From a virus (taxonomy: Duplodnaviria; Caudoviricetes), in IMG/VR virus record IMGVR_UViG_3300049846_001695, positions 1 through 55,209 of that record: 55,209 nucleotides of DNA; one strand, given 5' to 3'. Positions 19,307-29,269 of the stretch are shown here, piece by piece (position 1 is the first letter of the stretch; every line of letters starts with the position of its first letter). The notes below the pieces were generated by a model. The model saw only the letters and a program-made list of their open reading frames with translations, was not told where the DNA came from and ran no database searches. Made by a program: the position numbers and the translations under genes.

Positions 19307-20283
19307 AGATTTTGGTTGTTGGAGATCCTCACGTCAGATTTGATGATTTAGAGGATTGCGAAAATCTGTTCAATTTAGTCAAAGAAACGGCAGTTTCGTT
19401 TGGCGCGCAAAAGATAGTGATCCTTGGAGATCTCTTTCATAATCACTCCATTATCCACGTTTCGGTTTTGAACTTTTGGCGTCGCTGGTTCCTCGCGTTC
19501 AAGTCTTTGCGGATTGAGGTTATCGCCCTTAAGGGTAATCACGACTTCGGTATCCACAACCCTAGCGAGCATTCGTTAGAGCCATTTAAAGATGTTGCCA
19601 CGATAGTAGATACTCCTCAATACATTGATGGGATGTTATTTCTCCCCTACTTCGGACACAGAGAAAGCAAGGCTTTCTACGGGGCTGCCTCCCAGCAATC
19701 CAAAATAATGTTCTGTCACGAATCCTTTGACGGGGCAAAATACGATAATGGGTTTTATGCGCCAGATGGATTCAACCAAGAGATGTGTAATTCAGAATAT
19801 ATAATTTCTGGACATATTCACACACCGTCCGTTTTGAAGGGTGTATCAAATACCGTTTACTATATAGGTGCGCCCCGTTGGCAAACACTATCTGATGCTA
19901 ACGTTAATAGGCATATTGGGGTGTTTAATACAGAAACATTAGAATGGGACTTGGTAGAGACTAAAAAAGTCTGTAAGCAAATCCTTAAAACTGAAATTAC
20001 CGACATTTCTCAGTTGGACGATAAATACGCAAAAGAAAATTCTGTAGAAACACTGGTTCTATATGGAACCAAGGAAGAAGTCGATAAAATGGTTGAAAAG
20101 GTTCAGGGGCGTGGGTTTTTGATAAAAACTAGCATCAAGCACGAAGAAATTAAGATCAGGGAAAGCGATGGGATATCGAAAGCATATGTAGCCTTTCTGA
20201 ATGAAAGCTTTTCGAAGTTACTACCAAAGGAAGAAGTTGAGAAATATATAGAGAGGAATTCAACATGGATAGCAAAAATCTAG
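19303..20283 (+). CDS. SbcD/Mre11-like nuclease
   Basis: GDPH, LGDLFH, GNHD, FCH, SGHIH, YIGAP. Confidence 0.88.
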   Translation: MKILVVGDPHVRFDDLEDCENLFNLVKETAVSFGAQKIVILGDLFHNHSIIHVSVLNFWRRWFLAFKSLRIEVIALKGNHDFGIHNPSEHSLEPFKDVATIVDTPQYIDGMLFLPYFGHRESKAFYGAASQQSKIMFCHESFDGAKYDNGFYAPDGFNQEMCNSEYIISGHIHTPSVLKGVSNTVYYIGAPRWQTLSDANVNRHIGVFNTETLEWDLVETKKVCKQILKTEITDISQLDDKYAKENSVETLVLYGTKEEVDKMVEKVQGRGFLIKTSIKHEEIKIRESDGISKAYVAFLNESFSKLLPKEEVEKYIERNSTWIAKI

Positions 20284-20591
20284 AAAACGCTTCAGACCCA
20301 TCCTTAAAAGAAAAGATTCTCCTACTTAGAGATATGACTAGGAGGACAGGGGTTTTGCATGAGTTTCAGGTAGAAAACTTGAAATACTGGTTTTTTATGC
20401 TTTATTCCGAGGTTGACAAGTTTGAGATTATGTTCGATTTTGAAAAATCAACCTTAACCTATAAAGTATTGTCAACAAAGGATAGCGAGGCTTTCCATAA
20501 AAACAATAATTTCAATACCTTATCGGAGTATGTCAAGTTTTTACTTGGTCAAAATACTGTAGTTAAGGTGGTGTCTGAGCCAAATGTCTAA
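20265..20591 (+). CDS. hypothetical protein
   Basis: 108-aa ORF with GAGG SD, overlapping both neighbours. Confidence 0.7.
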   Translation: MDSKNLENASDPSLKEKILLLRDMTRRTGVLHEFQVENLKYWFFMLYSEVDKFEIMFDFEKSTLTYKVLSTKDSEAFHKNNNFNTLSEYVKFLLGQNTVVKVVSEPNV

Positions 20592-21171
20592 AAAGGAAGA
20601 TGCAATAGTCAAGGTAGAACAAGAGGCGCTAGAGCAATGGCAGAAGAAGCGTGAGCAGCACCTAACTCTTGATCAGTCAATGGCTTTATACGAGCATTAT
20701 CTAAACGGCCACTCCGTAGAGGAAATCTTCCATCTTAAGAACGGTAAAATACCCTTTGGTCAAATAGTAGACGCCAAGCAGAGGTACGAGTGGGATAGAA
20801 GAAAGAATACTCAGTTATCCAATTTGTATAAAAAGGTCGAAGAGCGTGCGGTTAAGGCGAAGGCCGACGCTGTTTTTCTACTTACGGACGCACTGGCTAT
20901 CGCCAAGAAACAGCTTGGAGATAGATTTAGAAAGTACATGGAAACCGGAGATGAATCACATCTCGGAACATTGGACTTGGCAAACCTCAAGAACTATAAA
21001 ATGATCTTAGAAATGTTACAGCTTTTGACTGAACAGAACAAGAATCAAAAAGAGGTTTCTGTTGGTGGCGTTGTAACACACCAACACAACGTTTCTGTCG
21101 ATAGCGTTAAGGCATCTGATCTATTAAGGCTTTTTGACGAGGGCAAAATAATAGACGGTGAGAAGAAATGA
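20584..21171 (+). CDS. putative terminase small subunit
   Basis: Immediately upstream of TerL with ATGA overlap; N-terminal HTH-like segment followed by helices. Confidence 0.55.
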   Translation: MSKKEDAIVKVEQEALEQWQKKREQHLTLDQSMALYEHYLNGHSVEEIFHLKNGKIPFGQIVDAKQRYEWDRRKNTQLSNLYKKVEERAVKAKADAVFLLTDALAIAKKQLGDRFRKYMETGDESHLGTLDLANLKNYKMILEMLQLLTEQNKNQKEVSVGGVVTHQHNVSVDSVKASDLLRLFDEGKIIDGEKK

Positions 21172-23567
21172 CCCCAATTCAGGAACAGATTTTAAGATCC
21201 GCCCTCTTTGTCCCATGCGATTCCAAAGAGGACTTGCATAGGTGGATTAAGATATATTTAGGAATGGATCTCCCCAATACAATCGTCTGCGACGATGAAA
21301 GACACCACCCTCCCTCAAACTCATCTCCAATGGATTTAGTTTGGGAGATATACCAAAAGGCTCGTCTTGGTCTTGACCCGGATTTTCAAGAGATTCTAGC
21401 CTATGCTGCCCGCGAAAGCGGCAAGACTGTTTCTGCTTCCATTATAGAAATTTTGTGCATTATCCACTTGGGAAGAGATGTGGTTCACTTAGCCGCCATT
21501 GAACCGCAGGCCAAATATTGTCTTGATTACGTTAGAAAATTCCTATCAAGACCTATTTTAAAGGAATTCGTTACTTCTACCAATAGAAGAGGATTGAAGT
21601 TTTCCAAGTATATAAGCGATAAAGATCCAAACGTCGTTATATCCCCGGTACAGTGGGAGTCCCTCGACCCAGAGACAAAAAAGACGTTCTCGGAAAGCAA
21701 AAACGAAATATTCTTAACTGTTGCCACGGTCGAAGCGTGTAACGGCCTCCACGCTCCGTTTATGTGTGTAACCGGCGACAGCAGGGTAATTCTCGAGAAT
21801 TTAGGCCCCGTTCCGATAGAAGATGTTATAGCCGACTCAATTGGCGGAAAAGCATCTCTTGTTGGGGAATTCAAGGTTGAGCCCACAAAGAAATTCAAGA
21901 TACTGTCGTGGCACCCAGAGCTTGAAAAATTTGAATTCAGGGAGATCAAAAAGGTCTTTAGAAGAAAAGCTACAGACGTTATAAAGGTTAAATTCTCAAT
22001 GACTTCTTGGGGGTCGGAGAAGAAAACATTTTCTACGATAGCCTGCACCAAAGATCATCAATTTTATTGTGTCCCGCCCAAAACCAGCAGCGTTAAAGGC
22101 TTTTGGATTCCGGCAAGAGAATTGAAGCCGGGATTTGAGCTATTCAGCGTTTTTGATAAATGCAAAATAGAATCCGTAACAAAGACAGAGAACACCGATT
22201 GGGTTTATGACGTAGAAATAGAAGAAACGCACAACTTTGTTTGCGAAGACGTTGTAATCCATAACTGCATGGATGAGCTAGATCTAGTCGATCCAGCCGC
22301 CTTCATGGAAGCTAAGAGTATTCCTACGTCAACGGTAGATAGAAAGTATCCAATTACGTTTATGACGAGCACCAGAAAGTATTCATACGGTCTGGTGCAA
22401 AAAGAAATTGATAGAGCCTCTACTGAAGATACTAGACTGAACATTAGACACTGGAATCTCATAGATATTACAGAGTCTTGTCCACCGCAGCGTCACCTCC
22501 CAGAAGAACCGAAAATTGAAATATTTGTAAATGAGGAATACCTAAAGGCTTTATCAAGAGAAGAGTACGAAACGCTCTCCGACAAGGAAAAGCAGGGATA
22601 CGAGAGTTACGATGGGTATGCTGGCTGCCTATCTAACTGCAAAATGTTCGCCGCCTGCAAGGGGCGTCTTGCAACGAAGCAAACCTCCCAAAGCCCGATG
22701 CTTAAGAGAATTGACCACACCCAATCAAATATTAGAAAGGTGTCTCTGGAGCACGCCAAGGCACAATATTTGTGCTGGAAGCCCTCTACCGCCGGTCTTG
22801 TGTTCCCGCATTTTGATAAGGAAAAGCACGTTATAACAGCCGCAGAAATGGCGAAACTGGCGACCGGAGATGATTTCGACAAGAATTTCTCAAAGGCCGA
22901 TTTGATTAAACTATTCAAGGATTTAGATGCAGAATTCTATAGCGGGATAGACTGGGGTTTTTCTCACAATTACGTTGTTGTTACAGCCGCTATGCTTGGG
23001 CATATTTTGTACGTTATAGACGTAATCGTGGGCGGCGAACTATTGCTTCCAGATAAGATAGACATAACAAAGAAACGCATAGGATATCTAAGTCCAACAG
23101 TTTTCCCAGATAACGCATATCCGGCTGACATTAGATCATTTAGACTGGCGGGATTTAAGATGATTGACTTCAGGAAGGACGTTCTAGAAGGCATCACCGC
23201 CGTATCTGAAAGACTTTATTCAATGCAAGACAAAAATCCTACCATCTGGTTCCTCAAGGATGATCCGGGCGTAGATTTCTTAACAAAAGAAATATCTCTG
23301 TACCACTGGAAACTAGATAAGGCAGGCAACTTACTGGATGAACCAGATAAGGTGGATGACGATAGCGTCGATGCTCTCAGATATTTGTGTCAAAACCTAC
23401 AAATAGGCAAGTCTAGGTTCGTAAAGATAGCTAAGGAACAAGAAACCCAGAGAAAGCCGACGATGTTACAGACATTTGTAAAGGATAAAATCAAGGAGCT
23501 TACTCGGGACGAAGTAGAGGAGATGCCTCAGTTAAAGGGTGGTCCCGGTTTCAAGTTTATTATTTAA
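21168..23567 (+). CDS. terL: terminase large subunit, intein-containing
   Basis: Walker A ARESGKT, Walker B FM|CMDE split by the intein, TST motif, nuclease GIDWGFS and DDDSVDALRY. Confidence 0.92.
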   Translation: MTPIQEQILRSALFVPCDSKEDLHRWIKIYLGMDLPNTIVCDDERHHPPSNSSPMDLVWEIYQKARLGLDPDFQEILAYAARESGKTVSASIIEILCIIHLGRDVVHLAAIEPQAKYCLDYVRKFLSRPILKEFVTSTNRRGLKFSKYISDKDPNVVISPVQWESLDPETKKTFSESKNEIFLTVATVEACNGLHAPFMCVTGDSRVILENLGPVPIEDVIADSIGGKASLVGEFKVEPTKKFKILSWHPELEKFEFREIKKVFRRKATDVIKVKFSMTSWGSEKKTFSTIACTKDHQFYCVPPKTSSVKGFWIPARELKPGFELFSVFDKCKIESVTKTENTDWVYDVEIEETHNFVCEDVVIHNCMDELDLVDPAAFMEAKSIPTSTVDRKYPITFMTSTRKYSYGLVQKEIDRASTEDTRLNIRHWNLIDITESCPPQRHLPEEPKIEIFVNEEYLKALSREEYETLSDKEKQGYESYDGYAGCLSNCKMFAACKGRLATKQTSQSPMLKRIDHTQSNIRKVSLEHAKAQYLCWKPSTAGLVFPHFDKEKHVITAAEMAKLATGDDFDKNFSKADLIKLFKDLDAEFYSGIDWGFSHNYVVVTAAMLGHILYVIDVIVGGELLLPDKIDITKKRIGYLSPTVFPDNAYPADIRSFRLAGFKMIDFRKDVLEGITAVSERLYSMQDKNPTIWFLKDDPGVDFLTKEISLYHWKLDKAGNLLDEPDKVDDDSVDALRYLCQNLQIGKSRFVKIAKEQETQRKPTMLQTFVKDKIKELTRDEVEEMPQLKGGPGFKFII
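21765..22265 (+). mobile_element. mini-intein (167 aa) in TerL
   Basis: Starts CVTGDS; block B TKDH; block F VYDVEIEETHNF; ends VIHN followed by Cys+1. Confidence 0.92.
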
Positions 23568-23604
23568 GAATCAATCTTTAGAGGAGATTTAACGGGGTAC
23601 TAAA

Positions 23605-24594
23605 ATGAAAAAAATATTCACACATACCGCAGGGTATGTAGTTTACGATGATTCTGTTTTAACAAATAATCCTTCCAAGCAATTTGGTAATTGGAAGAGA
23701 TCTAGTTATAACATCGAGGTCGAGAAGCCGTCTGGGCCTCAAGAATTATATGTCCCCAATGGAAGTAGCGTAGTTGCCTTCTCAGGGACTAGAGCTATAA
23801 CCACAAATGCATCAACCGACTTCAATCTGCAACTAAATCCGGTTAAAACCTCTACCTACAGATTGACTTGGAACGGAAATGGTACATTTTCTGGATTCAG
23901 AACCAAAAGGAGCATTGATTTTAACGGCGTAACTGTGACACTAACCGTTAACAATAACGCCACAATGCTATTTTCTTCAAGCGTAAACATTTCAACTGCT
24001 CAGGTAGGAGATGTTGTATTTATCCCGGCTACATCTACTGGTGACGCTGCTTCTCCGTTTAGCGAATCCAATGTTGGGTACTGGGTTATTACTACGAAAA
24101 ACTCTTCTACGTCTTTCTCTGCCACAAGACTGCCGGGTGAAACATTTAATGGAGTATCCGAGGCAGTTGCGGTTACTGCAAGCACACAAGTAGTTATATT
24201 TTCAAACTCACCAGTAGAGGTCGGTGACAGCATTTCTATCTCAAGCGGTTTCAGTCCAGTAACTCTAGGATATTACACGGTTTCCGCTCTTTCTTGGAAC
24301 TGGATTGAGTTTGTATCCACAAACCCACTCCCCCTAGAATCTGCTATCGTAACTGGACTTACAGGACTTACTATTTTCTCAAACGCAAAGAGATGGGTTA
24401 GAATCGAAGCTGACTCAAACGTAGTTTTAAGATTTAACAACTCAACAGAAAACACACTTGAATTAATTCCTAGAACAACACTATCTGATGCCCCTGTGGC
24501 GTGGTTTGATAGCTGGGGTTTGTTTTGGAAGCTTGAGATTGTAAACAACAACCCAACCAAAGGTTGCACAATAATTCTAAGTAGTGTAGAATAA
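23605..24594 (+). CDS. putative virion structural protein (beta-rich)
   Basis: S/T/N/V-rich 329-aa protein between terminase and portal. Confidence 0.55.
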   Translation: MKKIFTHTAGYVVYDDSVLTNNPSKQFGNWKRSSYNIEVEKPSGPQELYVPNGSSVVAFSGTRAITTNASTDFNLQLNPVKTSTYRLTWNGNGTFSGFRTKRSIDFNGVTVTLTVNNNATMLFSSSVNISTAQVGDVVFIPATSTGDAASPFSESNVGYWVITTKNSSTSFSATRLPGETFNGVSEAVAVTASTQVVIFSNSPVEVGDSISISSGFSPVTLGYYTVSALSWNWIEFVSTNPLPLESAIVTGLTGLTIFSNAKRWVRIEADSNVVLRFNNSTENTLELIPRTTLSDAPVAWFDSWGLFWKLEIVNNNPTKGCTIILSSVE

Positions 24595-24598
24595 CTAT

Positions 24599-26566
24599 AT
24601 GAGCAATAAAGGTAAAGTATTTTTCGTAGATTCTAATTTGGATCAGGAAAAATTAGAAAAATCAGAACAGAACGATGGGTGGTTTACGGAAAATCCATTG
24701 GCTAAGTCTTTAATTGCCTCGCTAAGAGGCAAGCAGAAGGCGCAAGCCATAGCCTTTTCTGAAGATCCGCAGGAAAGTAGGTATCATAGTCTATACATAG
24801 ACAAAAACAACACTCCTTTATTGCCCGACACCATCATAAAAAGAACGTCATATATTGACGATCTTATTGCAGCGATCGTAAGAGGTCGCGCAAACCACAT
24901 TTCTTCGTTTGGTACAATGTTACCAGATAGAAAGTCTATGGGATATCGTCTTGACCCGGAGAAAAATAGTAACTTTGACAAATTGCCGTTCGAAAAGAAG
25001 GCAGAGCTAATCAAGGAATCTATACGAGTTTCTAAGCTTCTCGCATCATGCGGGAATCTAGAGGGGTTAGATGATAGACAAAAACAAACCTTCTCAGAAT
25101 TTTTGTATGTATCGGCAGCTAACGCTGTTAGATTCGGCAGAATCACCACAGAACTAATTAAAGATTCTGGCGGCAAGTTCTGTGGGTTTAGAGCAGTAGA
25201 CCCAAGCACCATTTATTTTGCTAGAAAAAACTCAACAAGCACGAGTGCAAAGGTACTAAGAGAGCAAGCGTTTAAGCTTTTGCAGGAAATAAAGAAAGAA
25301 ACTGTTATAGATCCGCAAAAGTACGCTAACGATGAGTATGCGTTTATTCAGGTAATTAATGGAACGCCCCGTCACGCCTTCACGGATGACGAAATGGTTA
25401 ACTTCAATTTCTACCCTACAACAGACTTTGAAACAAACCATTATCCCATTACACCAATAGACACAGTTATCAATGCTATCATAACTCACGTCAATATTAC
25501 TCAGCACAACAAGCTGTACTTCCAGTCTGGTAGAGCAACCAGAGGAATGCTTGTTATCCAATCCGAATCGGTTAACGACTCTACGTTAGAGCAGCTAAAA
25601 CAACAGTTTCAGGCATCTATTAATGGAGTCCAAAACTCTTGGAGAGTGCCGGTAATTAGCGTAGGAACCAACGACAAGGTATCTTGGCAGTCCATTGACG
25701 GTCAGGGTCGTGATATGGAATTCCAGTATTTGTTCGACTCAAATATTAGAATCATCCTCGCCGCGTTCAATATGTCTCCCGACGAATTGCCGGGATATAA
25801 CCACTTAAGCAAGGGCACAAACAATCAGTCGTTGTCAGAAAGCAACAACGAGTATAAGCTACAGGCGGCAAGAGATGTTGGCATTAGACCACTACTCTCG
25901 ACAATGGAAACATTCATTAACTTGAAGCTTATTCCATTGTTTAATCCAGAACTTTCAAGGTACTTTAAATTCAAGTTTTACGGCTTAGACGCCGAAACCC
26001 CAGAGAAGGAAGCCTCTAGAATTGAGGCGGAACAAAAGCTATGGGGCACAATGAACGACACACTAAGAAGTGTCGAAAAGGAAGAAATCCCAGCCCACCT
26101 TGGCGGCGATTTTCCATTGAATCCAGTATATCAAGCGGTAATCTTTCAGTGTCTAACAATGGGAGAAATACTGGAGCACTTCTTTAAGAAAGAGGGGGCA
26201 TCCAAGGATAAGAGATGGGATTATGTTAGAGACAACTTCTACTTCCAGCATATTTCCATGATTCAGCAGCAGGAGATGGCACAACAACAGCAGCAAATGG
26301 CGCAGCAGGCAGCGGCTCAACAAGCTCAAGGGCAGCCGCAGCAGGGGCAAGAGGGACAACAACAGCAGCAACAGGGCGCTCCCCAGCAACAGCAACCGCA
26401 GGGCGACCCAGATGCCCAGAAGCTCCAGACGGGTATTGACCAGCTTATAAATACTTTGTCAAAAAGTGAAGCATTCAAATCTTCTGTTAGGGCGCAGCAA
26501 GAAAGAATAGTGGAGTCAATTTTAGAAGAATTCGAAAAAGGATTAGATGACTTGATCAAGGATTAA
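24599..26566 (+). CDS. portal protein
   Basis: AVDPSTI, FQSG..TRGML, MEFQ, AAFNMSPDEL, GIRPLL, NDTLR; position after TerL; Q-rich tail. Confidence 0.88.
   Translation: MSNKGKVFFVDSNLDQEKLEKSEQNDGWFTENPLAKSLIASLRGKQKAQAIAFSEDPQESRYHSLYIDKNNTPLLPDTIIKRTSYIDDLIAAIVRGRANHISSFGTMLPDRKSMGYRLDPEKNSNFDKLPFEKKAELIKESIRVSKLLASCGNLEGLDDRQKQTFSEFLYVSAANAVRFGRITTELIKDSGGKFCGFRAVDPSTIYFARKNSTSTSAKVLREQAFKLLQEIKKETVIDPQKYANDEYAFIQVINGTPRHAFTDDEMVNFNFYPTTDFETNHYPITPIDTVINAIITHVNITQHNKLYFQSGRATRGMLVIQSESVNDSTLEQLKQQFQASINGVQNSWRVPVISVGTNDKVSWQSIDGQGRDMEFQYLFDSNIRIILAAFNMSPDELPGYNHLSKGTNNQSLSESNNEYKLQAARDVGIRPLLSTMETFINLKLIPLFNPELSRYFKFKFYGLDAETPEKEASRIEAEQKLWGTMNDTLRSVEKEEIPAHLGGDFPLNPVYQAVIFQCLTMGEILEHFFKKEGASKDKRWDYVRDNFYFQHISMIQQQEMAQQQQQMAQQAAAQQAQGQPQQGQEGQQQQQQGAPQQQQPQGDPDAQKLQTGIDQLINTLSKSEAFKSSVRAQQERIVESILEEFEKGLDDLIKD
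26262..26405 (+). repeat. low-complexity CAG/CAA (poly-Gln) tract in the portal C-terminus
   Basis: IQQQEMAQQQQQMAQQAAAQQAQGQPQQGQEGQQQQQQGAPQQQQPQG. Confidence 0.85.
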
Positions 26567-27244
26567 ATGTTTAAAGTTTCTAGAAAAATAAAGAATGCAA
26601 TCTCCGAAAAGATTTCTTCCCTAGTTGATTCAATCAAGAAGAAGTTGTCTGACGGAGACTTGTCTTTAAAGAGGCTGTATTTAAATTCCGCGAAGGAAGA
26701 GGGATCTTTTTATCCAGACCTTAACTCATTTCAGGTCTTGGTAGACGCCACGATGAATTACTTGGATGGGTTTAAAACAAAAACAACCAACGAAATCCTA
26801 AATAACGTGGAATCTAGTAAGAACGTTAAGGAAACTCTAACAAACGACTTCGCCAAGGCATCCCGTAATCTTGAAACAATAATCAGTACGCAAACCCAGT
26901 CAGTCAAGAATCTCGGTGCCCTAAATGGCATTTTCAATATAAGCACCATAAAGGGCATCGAAGACCCCGTAATATATTTTGCGGGGCCAAACGACAACGT
27001 AACGTGTTCTATTTGCAAGAAGCTATATTTCACAGATGCGGGAGTGCCCCGAGTATGGAAGGTTTCTGAGCTAAAAACATCGTTTTTTAACCATAAACAC
27101 GATAATGTTCCAAGCATTCACTCCGCTCACCCGAATTGCAGACATACTCCGACTCTGGTATTGCCGGGATACGGATTTAGCGAAACGGGAAGACTTGTTT
27201 GGATTTCAGAGAAACACTCTGAGCTTAAAAAACAAAGAGGGTAA
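26567..27244 (+). CDS. MuF/SPP1 gp7-like head morphogenesis protein
   Basis: D.VTCSIC and HPNCRH motifs; directly after the portal. Confidence 0.8.
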   Translation: MFKVSRKIKNAISEKISSLVDSIKKKLSDGDLSLKRLYLNSAKEEGSFYPDLNSFQVLVDATMNYLDGFKTKTTNEILNNVESSKNVKETLTNDFAKASRNLETIISTQTQSVKNLGALNGIFNISTIKGIEDPVIYFAGPNDNVTCSICKKLYFTDAGVPRVWKVSELKTSFFNHKHDNVPSIHSAHPNCRHTPTLVLPGYGFSETGRLVWISEKHSELKKQRG

Positions 27245-27250
27245 TTCAAA

Positions 27251-29269
27251 ATGAAGGAATTGCACCCCAAAATAGAAGAAGTTCTCAAATTTCCAAGCCA
27301 CGGCACCGTTATTGACGGGGTTTTTGCGTCAGAAGCTATTGATACATCTGGAGAAATGATTGACATTAAGGAGATGGACATAACAAGTCTTAATGACGGA
27401 TCTGGTGTGGCAAATACCGAGCACATCAATCCAGAAGATAAGCAGTTCAAGGAAGCGAAGGCGGAAGATGCTGGTCAATGGGCGGTCATTGTTGGGCGCG
27501 TTATTTTTGCGAAAAAAATATTCTCAGAAGATGATTGCACTAGTGAGCGCGAACTGGCGTTCTGGAATGAAGTTAAGCTACCGTTCATATATGGAGCCGT
27601 AGAATTATTTGATTCAGATGGGCATCACAACGCTCAAGAGCTTGCGGCTACAATCTGGCACTATCACAAGAGAAAGCTACCCGTCGTAGCGCGTTATAGC
27701 ATTGAAGGATCTACGGTAGATAGAGATGGGCACATTTTAAGACCCACGATTGCCCGCCGCGTAGCTATTACTATTAAGCCATGTAATCAGGCTGCCGCGT
27801 CTTCTTTGGTTGAGAGAACAAACGTTCCTCCAAAGCATTTTAAGAAAGACAAAGAGCTTTCAAAGATTGAACAAATTGGTACATTTGAAACGGAATCGTT
27901 CCCGCTAGTATTTAGCTCTACAACCGACGATCTATTTGGCGCAGTATCCGATTTGAAAAAAGCCTTTGAGCTTGGCGGTGGCGATGTTGCCCCATCCGCA
28001 AGGACTGGAATGGCGGCATTGGCCTCCGAAACTACGCCAGAACACCAAGAGAAAAAGAGAAAGAAAAACGAGCTTAAGTATAGGCTTATGGCTGCCATGA
28101 GAGATTGGAATAGAATGACTCCAATCAAAGAACACCTTAAGCACGAACTAAGGGATGTACATGACTCCTTTATCGACAAATTCTCGGAAATGGCGGAAGA
28201 AATAGTTCTTTCCAAGAAAGAGGTTGAATATAAGGGTAATATGGTCAGACCGGGCGAAGCAATGATTCTTGCCGGTCCATTCGCGGGGTCTTCGCTGCCA
28301 ATCCTTCATCTTGATGAAAAGCACGCGCACGTTCAGTCATTTAAGTCCGGTGGTCAAGAGGCGGCAATAATCAATAAGTTATCTACTGCCACACTAGGTT
28401 CACATTGGGCAATAATTACTCACCCGAAGCTTTCTAGCAAACCCAATTTGCCGGAAGACGTTAAGGATTTAAATAGACTCCCCGCTCAGACACTTCTGCT
28501 ATATCACCTAGACCTAAATAACAAAATCGTAACAAAGACTTCTACGCACGGGGATGACGGTGCTGGCTGGTATTTGAATGGTATGTCAAAGCACGTCTTT
28601 GCAAAACCAGAAATAGAATCAGTACACGATGATGTAAAGAATCTATCTACCGCACAAAGAGAGGTAATTTTCTATCTCGCATCTGAAGAGTTTTTTGGAC
28701 TCGGGCGCTCCGTTCCAGTTACGGCACTCGTAAAAAATACGAAGACTGAGAAACTAATGTCAGTTATAGAAAAATTTGACGGCTCTCATTTCTTCTCAAG
28801 TCGTCCAGACGCTACTGGAGTAAGGACCGTAAAGCAGGCTGGTAATTCTGGAATTCTCGAGAAAATGGCAATAATGGATGTCATTATGGGGAATTGTGAC
28901 AGAACCAAGCTGAACTACATGGTTAACGGCGAACAAGTCGCCCTTATCGACAATTCATTTATATTCAATTTCAGAGATGAAATAATCCCAGCGTACATTT
29001 TGGACTACGCCCACCTGATTGGTCGCAAGCTATCTGAAATTTTGTTAAAGCAAGAAACGATAGACTGGCTTGGATCGTTAGACGCATTCAAGCTGAAAGA
29101 ATATTTAGAGTCGCTTGGGGTTCCAGAGGAATTTGCTACAGAGTCGTCAAAAAGACTTCTAAGTATGCAAAGCTGTCTATTCAAAACCAAGCTGGATCTT
29201 AATAGTATATTAATGTCCCATTTCTCTTTTGTTAATCCGGTGAAGCCAAATGAAGAAGCAAATATATAA
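27251..29269 (+). CDS. prohead protease fused to a C-terminal PI3/4-kinase/HipA-like domain
   Basis: N-terminus: IDGVFASEAIDTSGE, NTEH, YSIEG, VAITIKPCN (HK97-type protease). C-terminus: FAKP, REV, MDVIMGNCDRT..N, LIDNSF. Confidence 0.8.
   Translation: MKELHPKIEEVLKFPSHGTVIDGVFASEAIDTSGEMIDIKEMDITSLNDGSGVANTEHINPEDKQFKEAKAEDAGQWAVIVGRVIFAKKIFSEDDCTSERELAFWNEVKLPFIYGAVELFDSDGHHNAQELAATIWHYHKRKLPVVARYSIEGSTVDRDGHILRPTIARRVAITIKPCNQAAASSLVERTNVPPKHFKKDKELSKIEQIGTFETESFPLVFSSTTDDLFGAVSDLKKAFELGGGDVAPSARTGMAALASETTPEHQEKKRKKNELKYRLMAAMRDWNRMTPIKEHLKHELRDVHDSFIDKFSEMAEEIVLSKKEVEYKGNMVRPGEAMILAGPFAGSSLPILHLDEKHAHVQSFKSGGQEAAIINKLSTATLGSHWAIITHPKLSSKPNLPEDVKDLNRLPAQTLLLYHLDLNNKIVTKTSTHGDDGAGWYLNGMSKHVFAKPEIESVHDDVKNLSTAQREVIFYLASEEFFGLGRSVPVTALVKNTKTEKLMSVIEKFDGSHFFSSRPDATGVRTVKQAGNSGILEKMAIMDVIMGNCDRTKLNYMVNGEQVALIDNSFIFNFRDEIIPAYILDYAHLIGRKLSEILLKQETIDWLGSLDAFKLKEYLESLGVPEEFATESSKRLLSMQSCLFKTKLDLNSILMSHFSFVNPVKPNEEANI

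Noticed and set aside
21765-22265. Homing endonuclease inside the intein
   Set aside because: Only 167 aa; no LAGLIDADG or HNH motif.
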